From the IMG/VR virus record IMGVR_UViG_3300027777_000028, positions 1 to 64,000 of that record: 64,000 nucleotides of DNA. One strand, written 5' to 3'. The position numbers and the translations under genes were made by a program. The notes under the pieces are model-generated. The model saw only the letters and a list, made by a program, of their open reading frames with translations, had not been told where the DNA came from and did no database searches. Position 1 is the first letter of the stretch. Every line of letters starts with the position of its first letter. Source of the stretch: a virus. Shown here one piece after another: positions 29,504-40,600 of the stretch.

Positions 29504-32500
29504 TCAAGAAAATATATTAGTAGAACTTGACTATGATAACATAAGCCTTATTGATCCTAACAAAGTTATTGACGAACAAGGTAATGTTAAAGATAGGTTA
29601 GTTAAACAAGAAGATTTGGTGTATTACGCAAATTTGGAGTGTAATGTTTTGCCAAGGACAAAACTAGCGGTTGGTTCTGCGATGAACGATTCACAAAGAA
29701 CTATATCTGTTGCTAAAATTAATTTTTTGAATCCTGGAAATAAAACATTCATGGACACCGCTTGGTCAGATGAACTAACAGGTAAAGGAACTTTACAAGG
29801 TAAGGGGGTTAATCAACCAAGACAAACGGCAGTAAAAAATCCCAATCAAACTAACGATTATTATATAACTCAAAACTTATGGTCAAACGGAACACCTGGA
29901 GCAGTTGATAATGGATTTTTGGGTATGAAATCAATAAAAATGTCAATTGGAACTGACTTCTTACCCCAAATTGATGTTGAATTAGAAGACATTAAAGGAA
30001 GAGCTCTTTTTGAAAGTGGAAATAATTCCCCATATGCGGCATTTTTCCAACTACCATACCCCCAATTTACTTTAACTCTAAAAGGGTATTACGGAAAGGC
30101 AATAAAATTTCCAATAATGCTTCAATCGTTCACATCAACGTTTGATCCTGGAACACACAATTTTCAAATAAGATTAAAATTTTACGGGTATAAATATACC
30201 CTTCTATCATACGTTAATTTTGGAGCTCTTATGGCAGTTCCACAAATGTATAGAAACAATGTAACACAAACACCAGTATCTAAAACACAAGGAAATCAAC
30301 AATCAAGTTCTGATACGTTAGCAACAACTTTAAGTGTTAGTCGAGGGTATCAGAAAATGAGAGAAGTTTATTCTGATTATAAATCAAAAGGATTAATACC
30401 TGATGATTTTCCTGAAATCACATTAAATCAATTAAAATATCGCTTACAGAAATTTATTGATGACGTTCTGAGTCAATTTGAGAAAGAAAATATGGGAGTT
30501 TTATCCGATATGACTTTGTACACAAATAATTTATTAGCATACCAACAAAAAATATTTTTATACGCAAATGCTTCTTGGTATGGAACTTTTATGGATAGAG
30601 ATAATCCCATTGTCTTAAAAGAAAATTCACAAAATGTTTACATCTTTAAAAAAGAATTAGATGCGAATAAAAGATCTGAAGGTGTAACAAAATTAAAAGG
30701 AGACATTGAACAATACAATGACGTATTAAATCAAAATGGAGTTTTCGGTATAAACGGAAAATATACAGTTGGTGGAATTACAACAAAATCAAACATTGAC
30801 GTTCCAATTAGTTTGAAAACACTACAAAAAAAAATCACAATATCCGACATTGATTTTGTAAAAACATATACCGCACAAAAAAACGCACCAAAAGGAAATT
30901 ACAAAGAATCAGATGATGTAATTGTACAATTTAAACAAACGTTACAATCACAATTACTTGTTAATGATAACACCACTTACTTTTTTGAAGGACCGAACTC
31001 ATTTATGAGTATAACCGATAACATTGCAAAAACCGCATCTGAAACAAGAAAAAAAGTTGAAACAGAAATAACAGCAAGTTTATCGTCAAAATTCAATTCA
31101 CAAGGAAATGGTGGTTTGGGATTTATTCCATCTATAAGAAATGTTTTGGCAGTTTTTTATTGTCAAGGCGAAACGTTTTTGAGACTATTAGACGAGGTTC
31201 ACAAAAAGGCTTGGGATCAAAGAGAAAATCAATATAGAAGAGCGGCAATTTTTGGTAACTCATCAACAGCACCAAGTGTTGATTTAAAGACATCAACACA
31301 AAACAATGAACCAATTTATCCTTGGCCACAAGTGTTAAAGGAATCTGTTGGTGAAGATAATAAAGAAAAATTTGAAATCATCTATCCTGGAGACCAAACG
31401 GTTGCCAACACATATAGAGCATATAGTCCTGAAGTTTGGCCAGAAGTTGAGTTTGTAGAACAATTTATAAAAGGGTATACAGAAAGGCAGTTAAACAACA
31501 ACGACTCAAAAGTGTTTGAAACTAACTTTAAACCATTAAGAATTTCTTTAAATGCGATTGATTTCCCAACAACAAATCAAATATTCCAAAACAAAGAAGA
31601 GTCAAAATATTTTTATGAAATATATGAAAGGTTATTACTAAACTCCTTTTATAGTAATTTTAATAGAAAAAGCGGATATCCTTTGGCAATGTATGAAGTT
31701 GAATCGGAAGACGAAGCTATAAACATTCTTCAAAGTTTGGGAAGCGACAATCCATTTTTAAGTAAAATATTAAAAGAATACCTTTTGGATTCAAATAATT
31801 ATGTTTCATTTTTGAAACATATATCAAACGAAGGACAAGGTGAAAGTTGGCAAACATATATAAGAGGTGAATTTGTTACACCATATATCAAAAACGAGGT
31901 TATCAATCCAAACCGAATAATTAATAATGAAATATTTAACTCATTAAAATCACAACCCGATGTTTCTTTATCAAGCCCAAAAAATTTAGCAAATATTGAT
32001 AAATATTTAACGGGTAGTTCGGCATCAAATGAGTTTGACTTTATTGACACTTACCCATTGGTTGATTTAAATTGGGATAAAAATAATTTGGCAGATGGTA
32101 AAAGTTTAAATAATGCTAAAGAAGCTTTTGACACAAAACAAGTTATACAATATAACAACATACATAAAACAATAACAAATTTTGGATTATCAACTACAGT
32201 AAATGACATTAGACCATTTACGTATTTTAATTTTCAAAACTTAAATGTAACACCTGACACAACAAATTTAAAAACTTTTTATAACACAAGAACTTATTTT
32301 AACCAACTTATAACGGAGGGTAACCTATATTATAGTAATTATTCTAACTATCTCGATGCTAGTCAGACAACATCTATGTTAAACACACCATATTTTATTA
32401 ACGCAATTCAAAAAGGGGTTTTTAACTTTAGATATAAACAAACTGATTTAGCACCATATAAGTTAGGTGCTTATTTGTTTTTGAATAGTTTACCTTTGGC

Positions 32501-35500
32501 AACGTTGAGAGAAAAATACAAAACCAGTTCAGGTCAAGCAACCACAGATTTGGATTATATTTTATCTACAATGAAAAAATTTGGTGCGGTTCATAAATTA
32601 CCATATTCTTGGATTTTAAAATATGGATCAATATGGCATCGTTACAAAATTTACAAAGAAACTGGTGTGGATATTTTAGATGAAGTTTGGCAAGATTTTA
32701 ATTATAAAAAAAATTGGGATCCAGCAAATTCAGCAACAACATATACCTATAATCTTACAATAGATGGAACACCAAGAAATTTAGTTTTAGATAACACGAC
32801 AGGAACACCTCCATTTACAGATATAAACACAGGATTTTATCCACAATTAATCGATGATTTTAATGTTTTTTTACAAGGATTAAAATTATTTAGTGGTCAA
32901 ACACAAGTGAGCGGATCTTGTGTTAGTCAAAATATTACAGGAACTTGTGAAACTTTTCAAGTTACAGGAACATGTTCTACAAATGGTACAGGAATTACAA
33001 TTAATTCTATATCTAAAAATTATATCAAAGTTCCACACACAATATATTTACCCTCATTGAACGCTAACATACAACTTGTTTCACAAGTAAGTGGAACAAC
33101 AGGGGGAACAGGTTATTATACAACACCATTAAACTTTAACGCGGCATTTACCGGATTAGACTTCGTCTTGGGGACATTTGCTGATATAACAAACACATCA
33201 CCTTACCCATTACAAATCGGACAAATTTTAAGTGGTAGTTCATCTATATCTGCAACCACCATACAAAGTGTTTTTAGTGCGTCAACAGGAACAACCTCAA
33301 TTTATGAAGTTAGTAAAATTTCCGCAGAGACATTCAATTATACGGTATTGAATCCACCACTACAAATTACATCAATAGATTTAAATGTTATTTCAGGTGG
33401 AACAATACTTAATGGGCCATATTTGAATGGTAATGTTATTATATCGTCACAAATCTCAGGAACAACGGGAGGTGTAGGACTTTATTCGACATCAACAATA
33501 CAACCACCCACAACATCATCATTTGTTGTTCAAGGGGCATTTATTCAAGGAATTGGATCACCACAAATACAAAATCTCATTAATAATGAAAAATTGGTTT
33601 TATTAAACACAACTAACTCAACCATTTTTGAATTACCAGGTTTTGATCCAAATAGTATCACTAGATCTATGAGAGTTAGTCCTTGGTCAGTAATTGTTAG
33701 TTCATCAACTCAACCTGATTTTTATTATGTTTTACCATCTTTTGGTTCTAATGTTAATCAGGCCAAAGAGGAAGCTTTTAAAAACGGAACTATGAAAGTT
33801 GAACTTTCTAATAATCCTGCGATGTTTAATGGTACGGTTAGGTTATTTTGGAATGTTCCTCAATATGGTTGGTTTGATAATTCAAAACTAAAAAAAAATA
33901 ATCCAGAAACATATCTTAAAAAGATATTAAACGAACAAAAAGATCAACAAAACTTTTTAATAACAGGTGATGACACTGAATACACAAGTATAGAAGAACT
34001 ATTTACAACTTTTGACATTTCTGTTTTAGATAATTTTGAATCAGAATTTTTAAATTTTAGTCGGTCATTATATGATTATGTGGATACATTACCAAACCCA
34101 ATTTCCCAACAAGAAAAAACAAAAACTTCTCAAGGTGAAATTACTTCAGATTCAAATACTGAAAAAGGATATAAAAACTTTCATTACTTGATGAGACAAT
34201 TACTTGTCATAAATAAACCATCAGGAGATTCACCCGAAACAAGACTTGAAAATATAATTTCAAACCAAAACGACACTTTCCAACAAATTTTAGGTGGATT
34301 TATAAATTATGACGTTTGTTTTAAGTTTGGAAATCCTTCAAATTTTGATAGAAGATTATTTTATACTTTTTCTACAAGATATATTGAAGACCCAATAATA
34401 TACGGTCCTTATGAACAAGGAAATTTACCACCTCAAGTAAGTTTATCACAATCTAAACAACAAAATCCTAAAACATGGGAGGCTTTAGAATATTATGTTG
34501 GCAATTCATCGATACCAAAATTGAAATATTCAAATAATGGATCATATATAACAGATTTTTTCATTGACCTGAATGTTTTATTTAATGAAAAAAATGTTCA
34601 AGACTTTGCTCCAATAATTAAAATATATGCAACTCAAAAACTGGCAAATAATAATTTGAATCTAAATAGTTTTTATAAACTTATGGATGCCTATATTGAT
34701 GACTCAAACAAATATGTAGGAAACGTTTTAAACACGATGTTACCTGCGGTTAGAAAACAATTACCAAACATTTTTATAAGTGAAGACGGATCTGCAAATA
34801 GAGCAGATTTAGAAGCTGGTTTTACAGAACAAACAAGAACAGAACTATGGGAAACATTTAAGGCGTTAAACGATACATGGATTGCAGGATTTGATTTTCA
34901 AAATAAAACTTTATTTGAAGATGTTATGTTGGTGGATAGAGCTAGTAGAAATGTGGGTGATAAAGTATTAGTTGATATTTACGGAATTATTAATTTATTG
35001 GAAGATGGATCAACAGAAAAAAATAAAGGAAGTAGTTCATATAAAAATACTTTATTAGATATGGTTACGACCATTTTAGTTGAAAACAATTTTCAGCACT
35101 TTATGTTACCGGCATATGTTAATTTCTATAATGTACAAGACGCACAAAAAAACCCAACACCAAGACCTGATGGGACAATGGAATTTGGTAATATGTTATT
35201 TGGTACTTTTTTAAATGTTGATTATAGACAAAGTTCTCCAAAATTTTTGTGTTACTATGTTAGTAAGCCAAGTGAACATTTAAATATGAATAACAATATT
35301 GATTATAGATTTAGAGACGATGCTTTTGATTTAAGAAGGGCAAGTGATAATCCTTTAATTGAAAATCAAGCAACCAAAATAGATTGGGACAAATCAAATA
35401 AAGTTGTTGGTTTTAATGTTGATCCAACAAAAGAAAATCAACAAATATTTAAATCTTTTAGCGTTTCACAAGATCCGGGAAAACCAACAAGTGAATCTTT

Positions 35501-36548
35501 ACAGATTTTGGATCAAATGGCCAATGTTGAAAAAAACAGACGATCATCTACACAAAGTGTTTCATTATTTAATTTATATAAGAATAGAAGTTATAGTTGT
35601 TCTGTTGATATGATGGGATGTGCTTTGATACAACCAATGATGTATTTTAATATTAGAAATATACCTATGTTTTCTGGACCATATATGATTACAAAAGTAA
35701 GTCACGATGTTTCTGAAAATGGATTTAATACGGTTTTTGAAGGAATAAGACAACCCTTTTATAGTTTACCAACAGTAGATAATTTTTTACAAACCTTAAA
35801 TGTTAAAATTCTTTCACAATTACAAAGTAAAATACAAGAAAATGAATCAAAACAAAAACAAGATTCTGCAAATGTATTGTTTCAAGCACAAAATACAATT
35901 GCGAATTTACAATCTCAAGACACTTTAACTAAAAATCAAGATTGTGCAAATCAATTAAATAGTAGGTATAATAATTTTACAGGAGTAGATACTCCACAAC
36001 CAACATCTATTTCAGTAAAAACATTTTTAAATGAATTAAGAAACATTTTAATTGAATTAAAATATGATATGACAGGAGATACTACATATCAAACAGCGGC
36101 GTCAGTTTTTACATTCGTGTTTGTTGACTCAGGAAATAATAATGGAACAGAACTAAGTGCTTATGAAAATAATTACAGCACAATAAATTTACAAGAAGTT
36201 TATGGTGACACTTTCTTTGAATTTATAAATAGAAAGTATTTTTGTGTTTCAAGAGGAACGGATAAAAATTTACCAATTGTTGCTTTTAGATCTTTAAAAG
36301 ATTTTATAAAGTTTGTTTTACTTAAAGTTGGAAATATCCCAACGTTCTTGAATCAAGACGAAAGTAAGTTTTCACAATATGGTGATAACTCTCCACCATA
36401 TAATTTGGCTAAACAATATGTGTTACATTATCCGATCAATCAAAACGCCGATGTTTATACTAAAATTGAGGCGGACAACAATCAAATTGAATCATTAAGG
36501 TCAGAATTTTTAAAAGCTTATCAAATTTTTAAATCATTGTGGTCCTAA
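29493..36548 (+). CDS. Very large baseplate hub/tail structural protein
   Basis: 2351 aa; YSCSVDMMGCALIQPMMYFNIRNIPMFSGPYMITKVSH resembles a gp27/gpD-type hub end; follows the LysM gene. Confidence 0.55.
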   Translation: MVDNQENILVELDYDNISLIDPNKVIDEQGNVKDRLVKQEDLVYYANLECNVLPRTKLAVGSAMNDSQRTISVAKINFLNPGNKTFMDTAWSDELTGKGTLQGKGVNQPRQTAVKNPNQTNDYYITQNLWSNGTPGAVDNGFLGMKSIKMSIGTDFLPQIDVELEDIKGRALFESGNNSPYAAFFQLPYPQFTLTLKGYYGKAIKFPIMLQSFTSTFDPGTHNFQIRLKFYGYKYTLLSYVNFGALMAVPQMYRNNVTQTPVSKTQGNQQSSSDTLATTLSVSRGYQKMREVYSDYKSKGLIPDDFPEITLNQLKYRLQKFIDDVLSQFEKENMGVLSDMTLYTNNLLAYQQKIFLYANASWYGTFMDRDNPIVLKENSQNVYIFKKELDANKRSEGVTKLKGDIEQYNDVLNQNGVFGINGKYTVGGITTKSNIDVPISLKTLQKKITISDIDFVKTYTAQKNAPKGNYKESDDVIVQFKQTLQSQLLVNDNTTYFFEGPNSFMSITDNIAKTASETRKKVETEITASLSSKFNSQGNGGLGFIPSIRNVLAVFYCQGETFLRLLDEVHKKAWDQRENQYRRAAIFGNSSTAPSVDLKTSTQNNEPIYPWPQVLKESVGEDNKEKFEIIYPGDQTVANTYRAYSPEVWPEVEFVEQFIKGYTERQLNNNDSKVFETNFKPLRISLNAIDFPTTNQIFQNKEESKYFYEIYERLLLNSFYSNFNRKSGYPLAMYEVESEDEAINILQSLGSDNPFLSKILKEYLLDSNNYVSFLKHISNEGQGESWQTYIRGEFVTPYIKNEVINPNRIINNEIFNSLKSQPDVSLSSPKNLANIDKYLTGSSASNEFDFIDTYPLVDLNWDKNNLADGKSLNNAKEAFDTKQVIQYNNIHKTITNFGLSTTVNDIRPFTYFNFQNLNVTPDTTNLKTFYNTRTYFNQLITEGNLYYSNYSNYLDASQTTSMLNTPYFINAIQKGVFNFRYKQTDLAPYKLGAYLFLNSLPLATLREKYKTSSGQATTDLDYILSTMKKFGAVHKLPYSWILKYGSIWHRYKIYKETGVDILDEVWQDFNYKKNWDPANSATTYTYNLTIDGTPRNLVLDNTTGTPPFTDINTGFYPQLIDDFNVFLQGLKLFSGQTQVSGSCVSQNITGTCETFQVTGTCSTNGTGITINSISKNYIKVPHTIYLPSLNANIQLVSQVSGTTGGTGYYTTPLNFNAAFTGLDFVLGTFADITNTSPYPLQIGQILSGSSSISATTIQSVFSASTGTTSIYEVSKISAETFNYTVLNPPLQITSIDLNVISGGTILNGPYLNGNVIISSQISGTTGGVGLYSTSTIQPPTTSSFVVQGAFIQGIGSPQIQNLINNEKLVLLNTTNSTIFELPGFDPNSITRSMRVSPWSVIVSSSTQPDFYYVLPSFGSNVNQAKEEAFKNGTMKVELSNNPAMFNGTVRLFWNVPQYGWFDNSKLKKNNPETYLKKILNEQKDQQNFLITGDDTEYTSIEELFTTFDISVLDNFESEFLNFSRSLYDYVDTLPNPISQQEKTKTSQGEITSDSNTEKGYKNFHYLMRQLLVINKPSGDSPETRLENIISNQNDTFQQILGGFINYDVCFKFGNPSNFDRRLFYTFSTRYIEDPIIYGPYEQGNLPPQVSLSQSKQQNPKTWEALEYYVGNSSIPKLKYSNNGSYITDFFIDLNVLFNEKNVQDFAPIIKIYATQKLANNNLNLNSFYKLMDAYIDDSNKYVGNVLNTMLPAVRKQLPNIFISEDGSANRADLEAGFTEQTRTELWETFKALNDTWIAGFDFQNKTLFEDVMLVDRASRNVGDKVLVDIYGIINLLEDGSTEKNKGSSSYKNTLLDMVTTILVENNFQHFMLPAYVNFYNVQDAQKNPTPRPDGTMEFGNMLFGTFLNVDYRQSSPKFLCYYVSKPSEHLNMNNNIDYRFRDDAFDLRRASDNPLIENQATKIDWDKSNKVVGFNVDPTKENQQIFKSFSVSQDPGKPTSESLQILDQMANVEKNRRSSTQSVSLFNLYKNRSYSCSVDMMGCALIQPMMYFNIRNIPMFSGPYMITKVSHDVSENGFNTVFEGIRQPFYSLPTVDNFLQTLNVKILSQLQSKIQENESKQKQDSANVLFQAQNTIANLQSQDTLTKNQDCANQLNSRYNNFTGVDTPQPTSISVKTFLNELRNILIELKYDMTGDTTYQTAASVFTFVFVDSGNNNGTELSAYENNYSTINLQEVYGDTFFEFINRKYFCVSRGTDKNLPIVAFRSLKDFIKFVLLKVGNIPTFLNQDESKFSQYGDNSPPYNLAKQYVLHYPINQNADVYTKIEADNNQIESLRSEFLKAYQIFKSLWS

Positions 36549-36584
36549 ATAAAATAATACAGATATTTATAATAAAAATTATAT

Positions 36585-36809
36585 ATGAATACAAAACTTA
36601 TATTAGATAACTACTTGGGTAAAAACACAAGAGTTTCAGAGAAGGATAAAGGTAATGGTTACAAAGAAGTTTGTGATTTAGATACTGGAGACTGCTACAC
36701 AGTAAGAATGAAAGATGGTTTAATTGAAAGAGTTGACAACACTAAAAATTCTTTTAAAAAAATCCAAGTTGAGACCAAGAATGGTATAAAAACATTATTA
36801 AACGGATAG
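36585..36809 (+). CDS. Hypothetical protein
   Basis: 74 aa with CDLDTGDC; upstream TATTTAT. Confidence 0.6.
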   Translation: MNTKLILDNYLGKNTRVSEKDKGNGYKEVCDLDTGDCYTVRMKDGLIERVDNTKNSFKKIQVETKNGIKTLLNG

Positions 36810-36810
36810 T

Positions 36811-37497
36811 ATGAAATTAGATGAAAAAATATTAGAAGAAATCGCAAGATATAGATCAATCAACAACTATATTACAGAGCAAGAAGTTCCACCACCACCT
36901 GGAGACGTTCCACCACCACCTGTTGATCCGGCAGCGGCCCCATCACCTGATGCAGGAGCATCCCCAGCACCTGACGCAGGAGCAGCCCCAACACCACCAG
37001 CAGCTCCTGAAGGAGAACCAATTGATGTTGGTGCAGATCCTGACGTTGAAGAGGTTGGAGCAGAAGGAGAAGAAGGTGAAGGAGAAACTGAAGAGTTGGA
37101 CATCACTGATTTGGTTGATTCTCAAAAAACAATGGCAGACAAACAAGAAGAATATTTTGAAAATCTTTTTGGTCAAATAAAGAAAATGGAAGAAAAATTG
37201 TCAGAAATGGATAGTTTAGTTCAAAAAATAGATTCGTTAGATTCTAAAGTTGAAAAATATAGACCAAAAACGGCACAAGAAAAACTACAATTAAGAAGTT
37301 TAGATTCAGGACCATTCAAACAAAATTTGGCAGACTTCTTTAAAGACAAAGAAGAGGAAATGGAAAAAACAGGAAAAAACGAATACGTTTTAACCCAAGA
37401 CGAAGTTGAAAATTTTAGCCCATCAGAAATTGAAAAATCATTTAATGAACCAATGGAAGATGAAGACGACATATTATTGAATAGATATAATTCGTAA
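36811..37497 (+). CDS. Acidic Pro/Ala-rich coiled-coil protein (possible prohead core/internal head protein)
   Basis: Leader ILEEIARYRSINNYITEQ, PPPP/PDAGA low-complexity tract, acidic coiled coil. Confidence 0.5.
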   Translation: MKLDEKILEEIARYRSINNYITEQEVPPPPGDVPPPPVDPAAAPSPDAGASPAPDAGAAPTPPAAPEGEPIDVGADPDVEEVGAEGEEGEGETEELDITDLVDSQKTMADKQEEYFENLFGQIKKMEEKLSEMDSLVQKIDSLDSKVEKYRPKTAQEKLQLRSLDSGPFKQNLADFFKDKEEEMEKTGKNEYVLTQDEVENFSPSEIEKSFNEPMEDEDDILLNRYNS

Positions 37498-37499
37498 GG

Positions 37500-37534
37500 T
37501 ATAAGGTCACAAATTGTGACCTTATATTTTTTTT
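37500..37534 (+). terminator. Rho-independent terminator
   Basis: TATAAGGTCACA-AAT-TGTGACCTTATA (12-bp perfect stem) followed by T8. Confidence 0.88.
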
Positions 37535-37545
37535 AAGAATACCAT

Positions 37546-37574
37546 TTGACTATAACTTTTTATACCCTTATACT
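37546..37574 (+). promoter_or_regulatory. Sigma70-like promoter for the SSB/recombination operon
   Basis: TTGACT-17 nt-TATACT, just after a terminator and 32 nt before the SSB ATG. Confidence 0.7.
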
Positions 37575-37606
37575 TTTTACATATAAACTTTTAATTTTAA
37601 TTTTAC

Positions 37607-38470
37607 ATGGCGACAAATGTTTTAGACGCGGTTTTGGCTCAATATGAAAGTTCAAAACAAAGTGGTTCTTCTTCCACTTCAAAAATGTCACAAGAAGAAA
37701 GAATGAAAAAATATTTCGCAGCTCTTTTGAAAGAGAACGAAAAACAAGGACAAAAACGTGTTCGAATTTTACCAACAACAGACGGATCTTCACCCTTCAA
37801 AGAAGTATGGTTTCACGAAATTTCATTGGATGGAAAATGGCAAAAATTCTATGATCCAGGAAAAAATGACAATGAAAGATCACCTTTGAATGAGGTATAT
37901 GAAGAACTTATGTCAACAGGAAAAGATTCTGATAAAGAATTGGCAAAACAATATAAGGCTCGCAAATTCTATATCGTTAAAGTTATTGACCGAGATAACG
38001 AACAAGATGGAGTTAAATTTTGGAGATTCAAACATAACTACAAACAAGAAGGAATCTTAGACAAAGTTATTCCAATTTGGAAAGCAAAAGGAGATATCAC
38101 AGACCCAACAACAGGACGAGATCTAATTTTGGAACTAACCAAAGCCAAAACACCAAAAGGAGCATTTTACACAGTTATTCAAACTGTAATGTATGATGAC
38201 CCATCACCAATTTCTAAAGATGAAGATCAATTAACAGAATGGGTTTCAGATGAAATGACATGGGAAGATGTTTATTCAAAAAAACCTGTTGAATATCTTG
38301 AAGCAATCGCAAGAGGAGAAACTCCACGTTGGGATTCTGAAAAAGGTGGATATGTTTATGCAAACGATGAAACCGCAGAATTTTCTATGGGAGGATCAAA
38401 ATCCAAATCAATTAACGAAGTTGAAGATCCACAAGCAAACGATCAGGTTGACGAAGAATTACCATTCTAA
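37607..38470 (+). CDS. Single-stranded DNA-binding protein (T4 gp32-like)
   Basis: VRILP, YIVKVIDRD...VKFWRF, DITDPTTGRDLIL; acidic C-terminal tail ending DEELPF. Confidence 0.85.
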   Translation: MATNVLDAVLAQYESSKQSGSSSTSKMSQEERMKKYFAALLKENEKQGQKRVRILPTTDGSSPFKEVWFHEISLDGKWQKFYDPGKNDNERSPLNEVYEELMSTGKDSDKELAKQYKARKFYIVKVIDRDNEQDGVKFWRFKHNYKQEGILDKVIPIWKAKGDITDPTTGRDLILELTKAKTPKGAFYTVIQTVMYDDPSPISKDEDQLTEWVSDEMTWEDVYSKKPVEYLEAIARGETPRWDSEKGGYVYANDETAEFSMGGSKSKSINEVEDPQANDQVDEELPF

Positions 38471-38489
38471 AAAAAACCAAAGTATTATC

Positions 38490-38523
38490 AAAACACCGAT
38501 TTACAATGTCGGTGTTTTTTTTT
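38490..38523 (+). terminator. Rho-independent terminator after SSB
   Basis: AAAACACCGA-TTTACAATG-TCGGTGTTTT with an extended T tract. Confidence 0.75.
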
Positions 38524-38546
38524 ATCATTAAATTAAATAGAAAATT

Positions 38547-39554
38547 ATGGCAATTAAGAAAAATGATTTTAGTTCATTAAAAAAGAAATTTTCCACATCA
38601 GCAAAATATAAACCACAAAGATTTTTTGATTTGGGTCAACCTTTTTTGGATGCTGTGGGACTTCCTGGTCCTGCTATGGGACATATAAATATGTTTTTGG
38701 GACATTCAGATACAGGAAAAACAACAGCACTTGTTAAAACTGCGGTTGACGCTCAAAAGAAAGGTATTCTTCCTGTGTTTATTATTACAGAACAAAAATG
38801 GAGTTTTGATCACGCAAAACTTATGGGTTTTGACTGTGAAGAAGTTGTCGACACCGAAACAGGTGAGTTAGAATGGGACGGGTTTTACATATTTAACAAT
38901 AACTTCAATTACATCGAACAAATTACAGATTACATTAATGAATTATTAGATGCTCAAGAAAAGGGGGATTTGGATTATTCTTTATGTATTATGTGGGATT
39001 CAGTTGGATCTGTTCCTTGTAAAATGACTTACGAAGGTAAAGGAGGAAAGCAACATAATGCTAGCGTTTTAGCAGACAAAATCGGTATGGGAATCAATCA
39101 AAGAATTTCAGGATCACGTAAGTCTGACTCTAAATACGAAAATACTTTAATTATCGTAAATCAGCCTTGGGTGGAGTTGCCGGATAATCCTTTTGGACAA
39201 CCCAAGATTAAAGCAAAGGGCGGTGAGGCAATTTGGTTAAACTCTTCATTGGTATTTTTATTTGGTAATCAAAAGGGTGCAGGAACAACAAAAATTACAG
39301 CAACAAAAGACAAAAGAACTGTAAAGTTCGCATCAAGAACAAAAGTGTCAGTTATGAAAAATCACATCAATGGACTTGGTTTTGAAGATGGGAAAATAAT
39401 TGTAACACCACACGGTTTTTTACCTGGCAAGGAAGCGTCTGAAGAAAAAGCATCAATCGAACAATACAAGAAAGATTATGCTGAATATTGGAAAGAAATA
39501 ATTGGAGTCGATGGTGACTTTGATTTGAAAGCAGAAAAAGAAGAAGTAGAGTAG
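38547..39554 (+). CDS. uvsX: RecA/UvsX-like recombinase
   Basis: Walker A GHSDTGKTT, Walker B IMWDSVG, IIVNQ, KGGEA. Confidence 0.88.
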   Translation: MAIKKNDFSSLKKKFSTSAKYKPQRFFDLGQPFLDAVGLPGPAMGHINMFLGHSDTGKTTALVKTAVDAQKKGILPVFIITEQKWSFDHAKLMGFDCEEVVDTETGELEWDGFYIFNNNFNYIEQITDYINELLDAQEKGDLDYSLCIMWDSVGSVPCKMTYEGKGGKQHNASVLADKIGMGINQRISGSRKSDSKYENTLIIVNQPWVELPDNPFGQPKIKAKGGEAIWLNSSLVFLFGNQKGAGTTKITATKDKRTVKFASRTKVSVMKNHINGLGFEDGKIIVTPHGFLPGKEASEEKASIEQYKKDYAEYWKEIIGVDGDFDLKAEKEEVE

Positions 39555-39575
39555 TAATAATTTAAAAGACAAGAA

Positions 39576-40586
39576 GTGTCAAAAACGTTATTGGTTGACG
39601 GAAACAACCTATTAAAAATCGGATTTCACGGAGTAAGAGATTTCTTTAATAAAGGAGAACACGTTGGGGGTATTTGGCACTTTCTAAATACCCTAAAACG
39701 TTTCCTTGACGAGAATAACTATAACAAAGTAGTTGTGTTTTGGGATGGAGAAACAAGTTCATCACAAAGAAGATTATTATATCCAAAATACAAACTTAAT
39801 CGTAAAACTAGTAACCCCGAAGATTTTAAAGAAGAATCGTTTTTAAAACAAAAACAAAGGGTTAAAGAATACCTTGAGGAAATGTTTGTTAGACAATTGG
39901 ACGTTGAAAATTCAGAAGCCGATGATCTGATTGCTTATTATTGTCAGATTTCTGAAGACGAAAGTAAAACAATATTTTCGACAGATAGAGACCTTACACA
40001 ACTTATTTCTAAAGATGTGACAATATATTCACCAATAACAAAAAGGTATTATAAGAATGGAGATACGATTAAAATTGATCAAATAGAGATTCCCCACTAT
40101 AATGTTAAAACATATAAAATATTAACTGGTGATAGTTCAGATAATATTGATGGTATTTTTTATCTTGGTGAAAAAACTTTTGTAAAATTATTTCCTGAAA
40201 TACTTGAAAAGGAAATTAGTATTACTGATATTTTAACAAAAGGTGAAGAATTATTAAAAGAACAGAAAGAAAATGTGGTTTTAAAAAATCTTTTAAGTGG
40301 AAAAACAAAAGAGGGAATATTTGGGGACGAGTTTTTTGTTATTAACGAAAAATTAGTTGACTTATCAAAGCCTTTGATTTCCGAAGAAGGAAAAGAGTTA
40401 GTTCGATCGTATTACTCTGAGTCGTTGGATCCAGACGGAAGGGGACACAGGAATTTAATTCGTATGATGATGGACGACGGATTCTTTAAATACTTACCAA
40501 AGGGTGACGACTCGTGGGTAAATTTTTTAAAACCATTTTTAAAACTATCAAGAAAAGAAAAAAGTAAGTTTAGAAACAAAAAGTAG
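39576..40586 (+). CDS. 5'-3' exonuclease / flap endonuclease (T4 RNase H, Pol I 5'-exo family)
   Basis: LLVDGNNL, YKLNR, EADDLIAY, STDRDLTQL, LTGDSSDNIDG..GEKT; GTG start. Confidence 0.92.
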   Translation: MSKTLLVDGNNLLKIGFHGVRDFFNKGEHVGGIWHFLNTLKRFLDENNYNKVVVFWDGETSSSQRRLLYPKYKLNRKTSNPEDFKEESFLKQKQRVKEYLEEMFVRQLDVENSEADDLIAYYCQISEDESKTIFSTDRDLTQLISKDVTIYSPITKRYYKNGDTIKIDQIEIPHYNVKTYKILTGDSSDNIDGIFYLGEKTFVKLFPEILEKEISITDILTKGEELLKEQKENVVLKNLLSGKTKEGIFGDEFFVINEKLVDLSKPLISEEGKELVRSYYSESLDPDGRGHRNLIRMMMDDGFFKYLPKGDDSWVNFLKPFLKLSRKEKSKFRNKK

Positions 40587-40600
40587 AAACCAAAAAAACT

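Noticed and set aside
36885-37010. DNA repeats as a CRISPR array or mobile-element repeat
   Set aside because: They are in-frame PPPP/PDAGA coding repeats without spacer structure. I saw no CRISPR array, tRNA or rRNA in the window.
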